The notes under the pieces are model-generated. The model saw nothing but the letters and a program-made list of their open reading frames with translations, did not search any database and had not been told where the DNA came from. A DNA stretch of 33,110 nt, taken from positions 3,195,651 to 3,228,760 of the forward strand of contig NW_003314265.1 of NCBI RefSeq assembly GCF_000143415.4, in the 5' to 3' direction. Positions 1-14,333 of the stretch are shown here, piece after piece. Origin of the DNA: Selaginella moellendorffii. Its lineage: Eukaryota > Plantae > Lycopodiophyta. Position 1 is the first letter of the stretch; the number at the start of each line of letters is the position of its first letter. The translations under genes were made by a program, and so were the position numbers.

Positions 1-61
1 TTCAACCACTACTATAGGGCACTTTTTCACTCCCACTCTCAACTATCTAAGTCAGAGCTTT

Positions 62-495
62 TGCAGTGGGAGTGAAACTCCAAATAAAGTTATTAAGGAA
101 TGAGCACGAAGCAGTCCGAGATGGAGTCCAAGATAGAGTCTAAGATGTAGTCCGAGTTGGACCCAAGATGGGGTCTGCGGTGGAGTCCGAGATGGACCTG
201 AGATGGAGTTCAATATGGAGTCCGAGATGGACTCGAGATGGAGTCCGAGGTGGAGGCCAAGATGGACCCGAGATGGAGTATGAGATGGACCCGAGATGGA
301 ACCCTAGATGGAGTCCAAGATAAAGACTAAAACTGAGACTAAGACCTACACCTAGACCGAGTCCAAGTCTGACACCGAGTCCAAATCTGATATTGAGTCC
401 GAATATTAATACAGATTGTGGGGTGAAAGCTCAAAGCAATCGTCCCCTGGGGGGTAGGGCAGCTGCAGGGGGTTCCAAAAGTATAGTAAGGAGAG
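62..495 (+). mobile_element. LTR-derived fragment related to the chromovirus LTRs at 8928-9432 and 13917-14333, in opposite orientation
   Basis: Reverse complement of 400-495 (CTTACTATACTTTTGGAACCCC...GCTTTCACCCCACAA.CTGTATTA.TATTCGGACT) matches 9120-9210 and 13925-14020. It carries the same 12-bp repeat tract. Exact ends are unresolved. Confidence 0.7.
111..401 (+). repeat. Degenerate 12-bp tandem repeat (GAGTCCGAGATG/GACCCGAGATG)
   Basis: More than 20 imperfect units are visible. They are the complement of the CTCGGACTCGAT tracts at ~9210-9350 and ~14010-14250. Confidence 0.9.
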
Positions 496-1458
496 TGTGA
501 GGGTTGGACTCCAATGGAACCAATTTGGCCAGGAAAGGCTAATATGGCCCAAAAAGGTTATACCCACGTGTTAGGTGATGATATAACCACTGGGGAGTCC
601 AAAACTAGAGTGAATATGGACAAACAAATGGGGTACCTTGGTAAGGTGTTTAAGAGCTGGCTCTAGCTTCCTTGGGAGATCCAATGGTCGATGCTCCCAA
701 TCCAAGTGTGGGTGGCACTACCTAGTTGGATACTTGGTGTGGCTCATCAGAACTCTCTAGCCCCATGGCTAGGGCACCCAAAGGTGGAAGGTGGGGAGAA
801 TACCCACGAGGCTCATGTAGGGCTATGGTATTTCGAAATGTCATCCCAAAGTCCCAGACTATAGAAAGGAAAAGGAGCAATCCTCTTGTGTAGTGACCAA
901 GAACATGGTCACAAGGTAAGAAAGTCTTAAAGGTCAATAGGACTTAATGGTTGGGCTATTAGGCCTTGACCTAGTGACAATGTTGGAGAGCATGGCTATA
1001 GATGTAGAGGGACTTGGTGGGGATTGAGGAAGGGACATTGGGAAAGGGTGTTCCCCATGTCCTTAGACATCCTAAGGATGTTAAGGTGTAATTCTGGGAT
1101 AACCACTTCTAAATAGATGGCCTAGTCTTTAGGAGACGGGGTTGTGATATAAATAGTCTTGGACTACTAATGTGATAGAGGTGAATGGACATGGCCTTAG
1201 TGTGACAGGCTGATAGGTTATTAGTACCTTTGGGGTGTTTGTCATGGGATCGGACACATGGAGAATTTGGACCAAATGTAAAGGCTGAATGGCATAGATG
1301 CTATTCACGGGGCTAGCATATCCTCAAGTCAGGAATAAGACTTATAAAGGTTGTGAGTGAGACTCCTCCAAATCATCAAAGGTGTGGTAAAGTGACTAAA
1401 GTAGAATGAAAAATTTAATTGCTTACAACTTAGTATCAAAATTGTTCCTTGATTCAAC

Positions 1459-4044
1459 CATAGTTACGAACACGAACACGGAACACGAACACGAGCCTCA
1501 GATTTCAGGAACCCGAACACGGAACACGATCACGGCCCACGACGGCTCACGAATATTCTACTGAATATTCTAAGAATATGTTATTAAAAAATTATATTCT
1601 ATTTCTTATTATATTATTATAGGAATATGCTATATTTTATTATATTATTCTTAATATTTTTATTTGCACATAAACTACTTCACACTTTTAAACTACTCAA
1701 ATATCCTGCATCTCATCGTCATCTTCAACCTCATGATCTTCGACATCATTTCCATCTTCCTCTTCCTGTCCTGACTCAAGCTCGTCTTCAGGATGAGGAA
1801 CTGTCTCCAGGACTTTGTAGCTTACAAACTTGTCGTAATCACGATCATTTTTGCAGGTTAACAACCTGGTGTTGCAAGCCACAAAAACCAGATCCGCTGT
1901 CCTGTCCATGGTAAGTCTGTTCCTTTTTTTTGAAGAAACATGCTCTAAAGTACTGAACAATCTCTCCACCGAGGACGATGAGCATGCCTGACTTAGAACT
2001 CGAATGGCCAACTTCTGAAGAGCTGGAGTTTCATAACCATAGTCCTCCCACCAACGTACAGCTCCCCTCTTAGTGCGATCAACCTTAGCATCATATGAGT
2101 TGAAAATGCCTCCTATCCTCCGGTAAGTTAAAAGCTCATCACGTATCACATCCCTCTCACTGGATGTAAACATGGCCAGCAGATAAGCATTCCAATCCTT
2201 CATGACCTCTCTGTTAGCATGCTTTTCATACTCCTGAAACTCGGGGTCCAACATGTACGCCACCGAGTGCATGAGCGAGTGATACTCATGCCACCTATTA
2301 GACATGATCTGATGAAGTTCCCTATACCTGCCATAATCCGACTGTCCTTCCTCTAAACTTGCATCCAACCTATTCATGCACTCATATATCTTTCCAATCG
2401 CAGGTATATCACCGTCCACAACACGAAGAAGCAGCATAACATCCTTGGACACCTCTAGCATGTCCTTAACCTGTTGCCAGAAACTGCCATCAAAAACCGT
2501 TGCATAACTGTCCCTTCCTGCTCTCGACTTCGACTCAGGCCTTGCTCTGTATGCAGGGCATACGAACATCTGTTGTAAAGCTTCTCGGAGCTCCACCAGC
2601 CTCTCCATCATAATGAAGTTGTAGCCGAACCTGGTATCACAATAACGCAGCAATCGCTTGTGAGTAAACTCCGCCAGTAGTGCCACTATATGAGAGTGGT
2701 TTCTAACGAAGATCACCAAAGACTTTCCACGCTCCAGAAGTGTTGCCATCCATGGAAGTACACCGAAGTCTTTCAAGGCATTGTTCAAGCAATGGGCAAA
2801 ACATGCTGCCCATTGAATTTTCGGGTACCTCTGTTGCAAAAGTGCTGCTGCTGCTCTGTTTGCATTTTCCCCATCGGTCACAACCATGACAACGTTCTCT
2901 GCACCTACAATGTTAATGCCTTCTTCCCAGCAGCGCAGAGTATTTTCAGCTGTTTTTCTTGTTAAGGAAATGTCGATAGCCTTCAAAAAAGCTCCTCATC
3001 CTTGACTATATGCCACAAGCCCCATGATATGCCGATTCCTCCTATCTGCCCACCCGTCTGCGCATATGGTTGCACCCCTCTGCTCCCATTGCTTCCTCAA
3101 GGACGCCATCTCAATGTCAATGAATCGTTTCTCTTTCACCAAAAGCTTATCCCAGAGATCATCATATTTTGGTGGTGCATAAGGCACACCATGCCTGGCA
3201 ACTTCCTGTATCATGTTGAGGAAGTAAGGTGACCGAGCCTTGACAAATGGAATGTGTTCATTCCAGAAAAATCTTCCGATAGCCACATCAACTCGGTTCT
3301 TCCGCTCAGGATCCATCGAATCAACAATATGGACTTGACTCTGTTTGCTAAAAAACAGGGAACTGCAGCCACTTCCACTTGATTGGGATGATACCACCGG
3401 TGGAAATCCTTGGACATTGCCATCCATTCTCATAGAAGCACCACCAGATTCATTCGGCCGTTTCTTCCCCCTTGCCCCTTTCTCGGAATCAATAACCTTT
3501 TGCATATTGAGCAGATCCGCTTTCTTGTTACCTGGGATGAGAGGACAACTCACAATATCCTTGTTGCCTGGGCCTTCTCCTAACAGATGAGCTCGCACAC
3601 GATCAACACCACTCAGTTTGTTCACCATTGGGCAGTATTTGCATGACCATAATTTGTGGCCATGCCCCCTGCTCTCAAGAACACTTACCTCATCCCACCA
3701 TCGCGAAGAAGGATGCTTTCGCAGTATGCTGGATTGCTGCGCCATGCTTGTTTGCCTTGGATTGCTGCTGCTGTGCCCTGAAATGGTGCGCCCTGGCTGG
3801 ATTGTCGTGTGATGCCGTGCGCCCTAAAACCAGAATNNNNNNNNNNNNNNNNNNNNNNNNNNNNNNNNNNNNNNNNNNNNNNNNNNNNNNNNNNNNNNNN
3901 NNNNNNNNNNNNNNNNNNNNNNNNNNNNNNNNNNNNTAGTAACACGGACCACTGTTCCAAACACGGACGTGGGAACACGACCCATAGCCATGTTCGTGAA
4001 ACACGGTGAACACGGCCGGGATCCCGGCCGTGTTCGTAACACAG
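1459..4044 (-). mobile_element. hAT-superfamily DNA transposon, full length
   Basis: TIRs CATAGTTACGAACACG (1459) and CGTGTTCGTAACACAG (ends 4044). Perfect 8-bp TSD GATTCAAC at 1451-1458 and 4045-4052. Subterminal GAACACG/CACGG repeats at both ends and an internal transposase. Confidence 0.96.
1697..3745 (-). pseudogene. hAT transposase (BED zinc finger, DUF659-type catalytic region, C-terminal dimerisation domain) with one in-frame stop
   Basis: ORFs 2996-3745 and 1697-2986 share a frame and are separated by TGA at 2996-2998. Motifs: WSCKYC..H..C (BED), ADGW, VVTDG.N, CFAHCLN, DTRF, WWEDYG..P.LQKLAIRVLSQACSSSSVERLFS. Confidence 0.93.
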
Positions 4045-4241
4045 GATTCAACTCTTATTGGTGGTCAAGTATATCACCACTTTTATTGGCATCGAAAGGC
4101 CCCAGGAGTGGGCCTATCCTCAAGAAGTAGCATGTCAATATAGCATGAGTCTCCACTTTAGTTCATACTTGAATATGTAGGCAATATGGTGGATAGAAAT
4201 GGTTTAATAAGGGAATGACTTTGGGATCTTGGGAACAGTAT

Positions 4242-5363
4242 TGTAGTGTACGTGGTTTTTACCCTTTATCCTATGGTTATTTACTATAAGATAACCACAA
4301 AGCAAAACCTAAACCCTTCATATGCCACATATCACATGCCACATGCCACGTGTCCAAGGTTAGCAAAGCGGAATCCGAGTCTCATGGTCTTGGGCCACTA
4401 AATGAAGGAACGAAGCCAAACTCCTAAGCATAAAGCCAAGGACTAATGGAACTGGAGCACAGAGCGACTCTAAAGTGTACAGCCCAAGGAGCGAAGGGAC
4501 AAGAGCATGGAGCAAGTTGAAACAGTCTTAGAGCATTTAGCATCCTAATGCTAGGACCAGCATGCAAAATGGAGCTAAACGAAGCCTAGTGCTATTTCAG
4601 CATACCGGTGCCTAACACAAAGATATAAGTACTCCACCAATTAGCATGGTATGGAACTTGGGCTTAGGTCCAAGCTAGACGTAAAACAAGGACAAGCATG
4701 TAAGTGGGAGTTAAACTATGCCTCAAGTTGGTTGACTGTGCCTGACCTACCCATTATCCCTACTATATATATTTGAAACCCCCCATAGCCCTCCTTGAGG
4801 AACACACACTTTGGGCTTTCACCCTTAGCCACCCTTAGTACCAGGAGTTAGTCTCTAGGACAAGCTTGAAACATACTAAAGATGGAATGTCTTTAAATTT
4901 CGAATTTGGACACGGGATGAACACCATTGTGTTCAAGACAATTTCCATATTTCATAGATATACTAACTGAGCAAATCTATACACTTTCCATAAATAGTAT
5001 TTGGGACCAAAATGAGACTAACACAAATGGCATTATAGCGAGGGTGTTTGGCAAACACAATAAACTATTATTCAGCGATATTGATGGACTAGTCTCAATA
5101 CGCAAGGGTCTCGTCACTAGCCAGTGCAAGACATAACAAGACAGGACCTTGCCAGACTAAGTAGCTAATAGCATGTAGGAATTTCGTCCTTATGCTCATC
5201 CGGTTTAAGTACACTCAAAATGCGAAGTTAACTTCATTAGTACAAGAGGGACTGATAAAGGGTCTAACAATATTGACCTCCTAACGTCATGGTAGTAAAG
5301 AAAGAATATCCAAAATGATTAGCCGACAAGTAACTTTCGATACCCAAAATCACATTCACGACA
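4242..5363 (-). repeat. 3' LTR of the outer retroelement (~1.12 kb)
   Basis: TGTAG...ACA termini, adjacent PPT, and colinear with 15648-17366 once the Cassandra insert is removed. Confidence 0.9.
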
Positions 5364-8300
5364 CTTTCCTCCTCTTAGGGAAGATTGATGTCCTTGTTAA
5401 TGTATACTCCAATCTAGACCATTACCAAGGAAACAACTTTAGAAAAAGTTCATGGTGATGACATTATATGAGAAATGCACCAACTCAAATGAGTTAGGGT
5501 AACCTCCTTATCTAACACATATGCACTACCAACTTAGACACCTTCCAACTGTCGCCAACAAAGAAATAACCAATAGAGTTAGCCACCTTTGCTGCTTTGG
5601 GTGCCACCCAGCTTACAAAAGTGTGATATGCCCTTGCCCGTAGGTGGTATAGAGAAGGAAACCAAAGGCCCCAACCCTCATGAGCAAAAAAACCAAACCC
5701 GTTGATAAGGTTTAAATACACTACTGTAAATAGGTAGTTAGAGCTGTTTACATGGTCACACCCTTTTAAAATGAAAAGAAGGAACAAAGACAAAGAGGCG
5801 GGTGATGTGACCAATTGATAGTAATTACCCCATGACTAAAAATTTCACTATGCACACGAAGTGTCGAAGTCATTTTGTTTATACTAGCCTAAACTCAAAG
5901 AGGTTTTCCAAGTATTCTATGTAAATTATCATCCGATAAACTAGAATTATAGTTTAGGAATACCAAGATCTTTAAAGGTTAAGGTCATAAGATTAACCAT
6001 TTAACAAAATTCAATAGTAAGTAAATCATCAAGAAAATTTATTAATAAAACTTAACTATCAAAGATTGTAGATAGCATGTTAAATAACTTATGTAAGATA
6101 ACTCAAAGAACACAAAGTATCATTAATTAGCAAGCAAAGTGCTCATGAATGTATCACCAAAAGGAAATAACATCCAATTTATCAAAACTAACTATAATAT
6201 CAATCAATAGAATAGAATGAGTGTTGCAAATGGCAACAAACATAACGTTTATTCTAACTATCACACTAGTCAATCGAAATAGATCCTAGTCAACAAAATA
6301 AAAAAACTTAAGTTGCTTAAGCAAGCATTAGCAACATTCTACCGATGTCTCAAACCCAAGAGACAAATCTAAAGCAAACCATAAAGAACATGCAGTAATG
6401 TGAAAAGCCATAAGCTATCAAAAAGAATAACTAACTATCATGAAAGATCATCAATCATCCTATCAATAAAAAGATGCACAATCATTGTTAAAAAAAGAAT
6501 CCACCATCTCAAAAAATGGCAAATCATTCTATATCAATAATAATTTTGTAAAACTTTTGACAAGGATAATCAACTATTCTAGATTACTATCAATCATCAT
6601 TAATGATTCCCAGATGCAAATACTAACTTCAACATTGAAGCTAATGAGCCAAAATGCCTTCCCCAACAACTCCTAACAAATGAAATAATGAACATAAAAA
6701 GAACTCAATGAACCAAAAGCTCAAACAAGTTTATAGTTGAGTTTAGCTTAATAATGATCACAAGTCTCATATAAACTAACTTTAATGCTAAAGAAGAAAT
6801 TATGGTACAATCTATAATATCCTTCTCAACACATTTATAAGCCAAACTTCATAATGTCAAAGTTAATGAAAAGCATGTTTGCATCAATTCAAAAGTTACA
6901 CATAATAAAATTATGCTCAACAAGTGATCACCTATCAATCCTCCATGAATCCATCTATAGCAAGACATAACTCACTTTATAACAAGCACAAAAGTTATTA
7001 TCAATGATCAATATATTTCAACTCAAATCCAACAAGGATTCAAACATCTTCAATATTAATCACTAACTCTTCCTCTCGTAAAGCTAGTATAATCCATGAT
7101 TAAATCACTTTTTAAGGAAAAGCCAAAGCTCAACCCCTACTAAACAATTTCGTCTAGAACACAACTAACTCAATTTACTACTCAGCTCATTTGAACATCA
7201 ACATCATTGCTAATTAGCAAATGTATAAATGCCAATAACATAAAGTTATAGCCAAATCATCAACATTATCTTTATCAAGACTAATGAAACTCAATATTAA
7301 TCATAAGGAGAGACATCTTATTTCACTTGAATCTCAATATCAACAATATCAATAACAAAATATCCTTTTAATGTTAAACACCAGAATAAATCTAAAAGAA
7401 AGCAAGAGTGAATCACCATTCAAAGCTCTTTAGCAACCAAGCTAACTAAGGTTAAAGATATTATACTTAATATCTGAGACCAATCCTCTAGCAAAACAAC
7501 TCAATTACAGATAACACATCATCAAGGAGTGATTCACCACGTCCAAGACTCAATATAATCCAACACTACAGATTAAACACAACCAAATGATATTGATAAA
7601 AGTAAAGTTGATGTGCCAACATGGAAAAACCATGCAAGCCATGATATGATCCTCCATAACACCATCTAGTAAAGCTGCTAAATCATCATCGAGCGAATCA
7701 AATATCAATGGTCCTTGATGAATTCTATCAACAATCACTAGTTGCAAAGCAACTAATAATCACTTTTCAACTTGACTTCACAAGACCCCAACACTAAACT
7801 CATGCCATCGAGTCATATACTTATCCAATATGAATGTAATACCCTAAGTATGAGATATAGAAACATGAACAAGCACAGACTAAATGACCATTTGAATCCA
7901 ACTCAATCAAAATAAGCTCACTACTATGTCTAGTCAATAGTCTAAGCATGCCTTGAAGAGGCTACAACACCCAGGCAAAACTGAAGTGAAGACCATGAGA
8001 TGAACTTATAGTGGTACACAACCTTCTCATAGACAAAGCTAGAGTATAGGTACTAACACCTTAACCTTATACAACTAAGTTCGACATCACCTTCCTTAGC
8101 CAAGGCACAAGGCTACCAAGACCAAGTTAGGATCAATGAGAGCTCACTACTCTTATAGAATTTAATGAAATGCAAAGTGCAACCTGCCACCTAATATAAC
8201 GCTACAAAAGAAAAGCACAAGGGTCACCTTTCTAGAAAAGTACAACAGCCACTTTTCTACATTAACTCTAGACTTTATCCAACTCAATTGTCTTAGCCCT

Positions 8301-8927
8301 AACAGTTAGCGTCTCTTTCGGGTATATCATACAAACTACATACTAAAGTCTAAGCTAACCGAAGTTAACTTCAACCCTTTCACTAATTTGTAATGGCTTT
8401 TGACAATGGAATGGTTTTCAAGAAAAATGATCAACAGATTAACCATTGGAAAAGTCTAAAAAAATTTGTGTAAAAATTTTCCATCCCAGAGAAAGAATGA
8501 CTCTCAGTCTAAAAATATAAATTCTCATGACTTAACCAACTTCCTCTTACTAATAACTTCACAATGGTTTATATTAACACAAATTTTCATGATCCAATAG
8601 TATGCGTAAGCATCGAACATCATGCCCATATATCCAAATCCAACAGCAAAATCTACAAAATGCAAAATGAACATCCAAGGCTTGATCACAAAGATCATAT
8701 TTTCAGATATCCACATTGCACTAACACTCTTCTTCAACTACCTTCAAGATCTAATGTAAAGCCAAAACACTAACAAGAAAAATGACATAAAAAATCAAGG
8801 TTTAAGGAAAATTCCTCATCACTCGAAATAATAATGTTACTTCCACTAACACAAGTGCTAGCGATGTCAATGCCTCAATTACACACCTTCTCCATTCAAC
8901 AATCTATTCTAAATACTAACGAATAAC

Positions 8928-9432
8928 TATAAGCTACAAATTTTTCCTTTCCAATTTGCTAACTTACTTCATCTATTTAACCACCATGGCCTTAGCCTGA
9001 GTTAAGTTCCCTTACCAAGGTTTTCGCCTATTGTACTAGCTTGTACTTGGTCCTACTTGGTTTCAACAACTTACTACACGAACAATAGAGCATTATCTAT
9101 CCATTCACACTATCACTATCCCTACTATACTTTTGGAACCCTCTACAACCCCCCCCCCCAAGAAACACATGCTTTAGGCTTTCACCCCACAACTTATATT
9201 AGTATTCGGATTTGGTCTCGAACTTGATTTTGGACTCAATCTCGGACTTGACCTTGGACTCGGTCTCAGACTCGATCTCGGACTCAATCTTGGACTCGGT
9301 CTCGAACTCGGTCTTAGAGTCGGTCTCAGACTCAATTTCGGACTCGGTCTCATCTGATGAACTCTTTATCATTTCGGTCGTGCTTTAAAGGAATCTTTAG
9401 CCTATGACACCTTGGGGAGTTGGTTCTTTACA
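8928..9432 (-). repeat. Chromovirus 3' LTR (505 bp) with internal 12-bp tandem repeat
   Basis: Matches 13917-14333 and is bounded by the PPT and the TSD. Confidence 0.85.
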
Positions 9433-9849
9433 ACTCTACCACTCATAGAAGAAGTTTAATGCCCACATCAAATATCTCTTTTTAATTATATGACTTGTTG
9501 ACCATGTCTTTAGGGGCATCCCCCACTTAGCGGTGTGCCTAAGTTAGCCTCCCTAGCCAAGAGCCCATAACAACTAAATATAGATGTCCCTATACCCCTC
9601 ACCTTACCATACCCTAGTATGGGGTTGGGACTTGAACCCAGCTTTGCTTTACTAAAGGGTTAGGACTCAAACTCAACCTCTGTAGAATATGTTTATGGAT
9701 TTGACATTAGGTGTAATTCTCTACACCTAGTTGACCTAGCTAACCCATATTAATTAGCTTACCTTTGGTGCACCTTCAAGTCCCAACATATGATATTGCT
9801 TAATTTCTCAAATAGATTCTTTAATTGAATTTTGCATAAGTACATAGAG

Positions 9850-12800
9850 TTCTATCTTGCAAAAATTCATCTACTAAATCTTGCGCGTTTGCTAGGTTCT
9901 TCTCCGGTTCCCATGTTGCTTCGCAATGTGGAAATCCTTTTCACTTCACATGAAACTCCTTCACCTTATGTCTTTGTCACTTACTCTTGCGCATATTGAG
10001 GATGGCCTCAACTTCATATTCCTCTTCCCTTTGTATCACCTCAGGTAAAGGTCTTATTTAGTCCTTGTGAAACAGATCCTCAAAGTATGACTTGAGTAAG
10101 TTCACATGGAATATAAGATGCATATTTCCCATCTCTTGAGGAAGTCAAAGGTAATAAACCACTTTACCAATTTGAGCTTCAGTCTCATAAGGCCCCACGA
10201 ACTTGCTTAAAGAACTAAAGATCAGTTTATTTCTAGGAATACATGCATTTTACTTTTGGGTCAATTTCTAATTGATCCCACTTGGTAACATTAGGTTTTT
10301 GGTGTTCAGCCACACTTTATCCCCAGATTGTAACTCTACGTCCCAGTGCTTCTAGTTTGCATATTTAATTTACCTTTGTTGAGCCCGTTTCAAAGAATCC
10401 CTCACTAGATTCCAAATGTTAAGTCTTTCCGCTGTGAATGCCTCCACTGCAGGTAACTCTCCATGATACTTGGCCACGCTGAGTTCCACAAGACCTTCAA
10501 TAACTCACCCATTAATGACTTCCCATAGACTCACCCCGATACTCGAATGTGGTGAGTTGTTATAAGACTTACCCAATCAATCTGGTCTCCGGAGACATAG
10601 CATTGCAAATAGTCCTCCAACTACCTATTCACCCTTTCTATTTATCGATCTGTCAAGAAGTGTTATTGCCATCAAATTTGACTTAATACTCAATACCTGT
10701 TTGTGGGTGATAGGTTGTGTTGAATTTCAACTTGGTGGGATATTGTTCCAGAAGAGTTCTTTAGAACCTATTAGTGAAGATCTTATCTCAATCTGAGATA
10801 ATTTCTTCTAGCCTTTCCCACACTCGAACCACTTGTTCGAAGAATAGCTTTGCCATACCTTCCGCATCCACTTCCGTTGTGGTGGGTATGAAATGTGCCA
10901 TCTTAAAAAACCGGTCCACCACCACAAATATCACATCAAACCCCTCACTTGGGGGGAGTCTTATGATGAAGTCCATCGTAAGATATTTCTATAGACGATT
11001 TTGAATTTGGAGGCTTTGTAACAAGCCCCTACTAACCTTAGTCATGGCTTTGACCTCCCAACATGTTGAATATGTCTTTACATAATTTTGGACGTCCTTA
11101 GCCATGTCTGGCCAGTGATATTTTCTCTTGAGTAAACCCATTGTCTTGGGCACTTCACAGTGTCTCACAAGAGGTCCATCATGACACTTTTCTAAGGCTC
11201 TCCCCTTGTGGAACATACACCCTTGTTTGTTTACAGTAGATGAATTCATTGCGTTTTGCATAACCTATCTTCTCTTCCATGGGCATGTTGCCTTTCTGAT
11301 GAGCATCTCATGCTTCTTGGTTCCTTAGCAACACTTCTTGTGCTAAACCATCGTTCTCATACACTCTCCACACATCATCCCAAATGGTTGCTGTCACACT
11401 AAATATCTCCAACTTCAAGCTTGCTTTTCAACTTAAAGCATCTGCCATGATGTTGCTCTTCCTAGGTTTATATAGAATCTCGCAATTGATCTCGGCCAAA
11501 GCATTGGCCCATTGACCCTGTTTCCCTTTCAGGTCAGGCTATGACAAAAAGTGTTTCATTGCCACATTATTTGTGTAAACTTTGAAGTGTCTCCCAAGGT
11601 AGTGTTGCCACTCCTTTAGTGCCTTAACCACCGCAAACAATTTCTTTTCGTGGGCAAGCCACTTTCGCTGAGCCTTGTTTAACTTCTTCGAAAAGAACGC
11701 TATTAGATAGTTGTCTTGCTTCAAAATTGCACCCAATACAAAGTTTGAAGTGTCCGTTTTTACCTCGAAGTCCTTACCAAAGTCTAATAATGCCAACATG
11801 AGAGCCTTCCTCAACTTCCCTTTGAGATGGACAAATGCCATTTCACATTCTGCTACCATCTTCCTTTTTCCTGTTTAGTCCATTAAGGGTAAGGCTACTC
11901 TCGAATAGTGTTTGATAAACTTTCGGTAGTAGTTGTATAGCCCCAAGAATGCCCTTAATTTGTGTACATTCGATAGTCATTCCCATTCCTGAATCGCTTG
12001 GACCTTCTCAGGGTCCACCATGAGCCTATCCTTGCCCACCACATGCTCGAGAAACTTTACTTCTTGTTGAGTAAAGTCATATTTGCTCTCTTTAGCATAC
12101 AATTTATCTTCTCTTAGTTTCTCAAATACCTTTATCAAGTGTTAGACATGCTCCTCTAACATCTTGCTATAGATCAAAATGTCGTCAATGTAGATGACCA
12201 CAAAATAATCTAAATAGGGTACAAAAATGTGGTTCATCAGTGCCGAGAACATTGCTAGTGCATTGCATAGCCTAAAGGGCATTACTAAAACCTCAAAGCT
12301 TCCATACCTTGTTTGACAGGTTGTTTTCTTGACATTTTCCTCTACTACTTTGATCTAGTAGTATCCTAACCTTAAGTCAATCTTCAAGAAGTATTTTGCC
12401 TTTTTTAACCTATCAAATAGGTCCTTAGTCCTTGGTAAAGGGTATTTGTTCTTCTTTGTATACTTATTAAGCAATCGATAGTTTATGCACACGCGTATAA
12501 AGCCATTTTTCTTTTTCACAAATAACACTAGTGCCCCATACAATGACTTGTTAAACCTAATATACCCTTTTTCCACCAATTCCTCAAGTTACCATTTGAT
12601 CTTCTCAAGAGGGATGAACCACCACCTTAGCACCCTTGACCAGCTAAATTTTATGTTCAATCGGTTGTGTGGGGGGTAACCCCACTAGTAACTCCTTCAG
12701 CATGGTATCTCGAAATTGGTCTAACACCCACTAGATCACTAAGGGTATTTCTTCTATTCCCATCTTTTTGTTACTCCTCACTGAGAGTAAGCATAAAAAT

Positions 12801-13650
12801 GCTGCCTTGATTCCTCTAGTGAGTTGTTTTCTCGTGGACACCAGATTCAAGCAAGAGTCTTTGGCCTTACTTTGCTGTACCTTTAGATCCTGGGCGTCCA
12901 CCCTAGATCGTTCTCCTCGGGCATTCGCTGGTACTACAAGGTTCTTACCTTGTCTATATAGGGCTACCACAAACCAATTGAATTAATCCATCCTGAAGAT
13001 TACGTTAAATCCCACCATGTCTAATATGGTGAAATCCATATTTACTTTCCAAGTCCCTACTTCGACTTTTGCTTGTCAAAGTACTTTATTGGTGTTTTGG
13101 CTACCATGAACAAACTCTATAATCCTTGGTTCATCTGGCCGCTACATCGTTAGTCCGACTTGCTAGACTATATCTCTAGTCACAAAATTATCTGAAGCAC
13201 TCGTATCAATAAGGATCTTAACAAAGCTACCTCTAAGCTTCCCTCGAAAGGTTAATAGATGTTGTGAATGACTCTCTACCAAAGTTGCTCGTGTAATGAG
13301 TAACTTTGAGTTAGGGACTGGATCATGTACCTCAATTTAGATTTCATCTTACTTAATGGCCATATCGACTCTGGCCTTCTTCAGGTAAGGACATTCCCTT
13401 GGACAAGTGTCTTGCTTCACCGTAGTTAAAGTATATGTTGTTTCTCATACTACTAGCAGACTTGACCTTTTTATCAGTGGGTTTGTCCCTTTTTCACTTG
13501 ACTCCCCTATGTACTTGCTCGCTAGCCACTAGATTTGTTTTTCCGGAACCCTAAGGACTCATTCTTAGAGAAACTCTTTTTGAATTTCCCTTTGCCTAAG
13601 AAGGGTGAGGACCAATGAGCCACAAGGTAGAGCACCAGGAAGAGAGCCGA
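9850..13650 (-). pseudogene. Disrupted gag-pol: Zn knuckle, protease, reverse transcriptase, RNase H, integrase, chromodomain
   Basis: Degenerate CCHC knuckle ~13385-13440. LIDTSASDNF ~13185-13215. KNKYPLPR and IDLRLGYY (12355-12579). VVIYIDDILIYS ~12167-12202. RNase H VKTDTSNF..GAIL (11539-11859). Integrase H..C..C and MDFI..LP...VVVDRF.KMAHF (10788-11261). Chromodomain EYEVEAIL..KGFPHCEATWEPEKNL ~9865-10022. Many stops and frameshifts. Confidence 0.93.
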
Positions 13651-13916
13651 GAAGCAAAGTATTACAATGCTAATGGTCTCAAGTCAAAAACTGAGCCAGT
13701 CGTTGGCAACACCATTGTCACCACTCCACATGAGCTGGGAGCACCGTAGTTAATTTCCTTTCCGGGAGTGGGAGTTGCTCTTGAGCACTTCCTTGGGTGG
13801 CCCCTCTGGCACAACTTGAGTCCATGCTCGCTCCCAAGGCCCCTAAACCTGAGTCTCAACCTCAAGTTAGTTTAAAAGCACCACTAAAGAGTTCTTTCAA
13901 AATTGATTCCTAAACC

Positions 13917-14333
13917 TCACTATCTTTACTATACTTTTGGAACCTCCTCCCCCCCCCGCCCCATGAGATATATGCTTTAAGCTTTCACCCCACAACTTGT
14001 ATTAGTATTTGGATTTTGGACTCAGTCTTGGACTTGATCTTAGACTCGACCTTAGTGTCAACTTTGGACTCGATCTCGAACCCGAACTTGGACTTTGTTT
14101 TAGACTCGATCTCAGACTTTGTCTCAAACCCAATCTCAGATCTTGGATTTGGTCTCGAACGCGGTCTCAGAGTTGGTTTCGGACTCGATCTCGGACTCGA
14201 TATCGAACTCGGTCTCAGAGTTGGTTTCGGACTTGATCTCAGACTTGGTTTCATTTAATGAACTATTTATCATTTCGATTGTTCTTTCAAGGATCCTTTA
14301 GCCTACAACACCTCGGGGAGTTGGTTCCTTACA
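13917..14333 (-). repeat. Chromovirus 5' LTR, truncated at its 3' end, with expanded 12-bp repeat tract
   Basis: Homology to the 3' LTR stops at ~13917. No PBS is seen next to it. Confidence 0.82.

Larger units (their letters stand above)
8928..14333 (-). mobile_element. Ty3/gypsy chromovirus, degenerate, nested in the outer element
   Basis: TSD ATAAC at 8923-8927 and 14334-14338. Minus-strand termini TGTAAGGAACC...AGCTTATA. 3' LTR 8928-9432, partial 5' LTR ~13917-14333, PPT ~9433-9445. Domain order PR-RT-RH-IN-chromodomain. Confidence 0.9.

Noticed and set aside
1131-1450. PPT followed by TG as the start of another LTR
   Set aside because: No second LTR, PBS or TSD was found in the window to support it.
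13985-14301. Ser/Pro/Arg-rich ORFs on both strands
   Set aside because: Artefacts of the 12-bp LTR tandem repeat.
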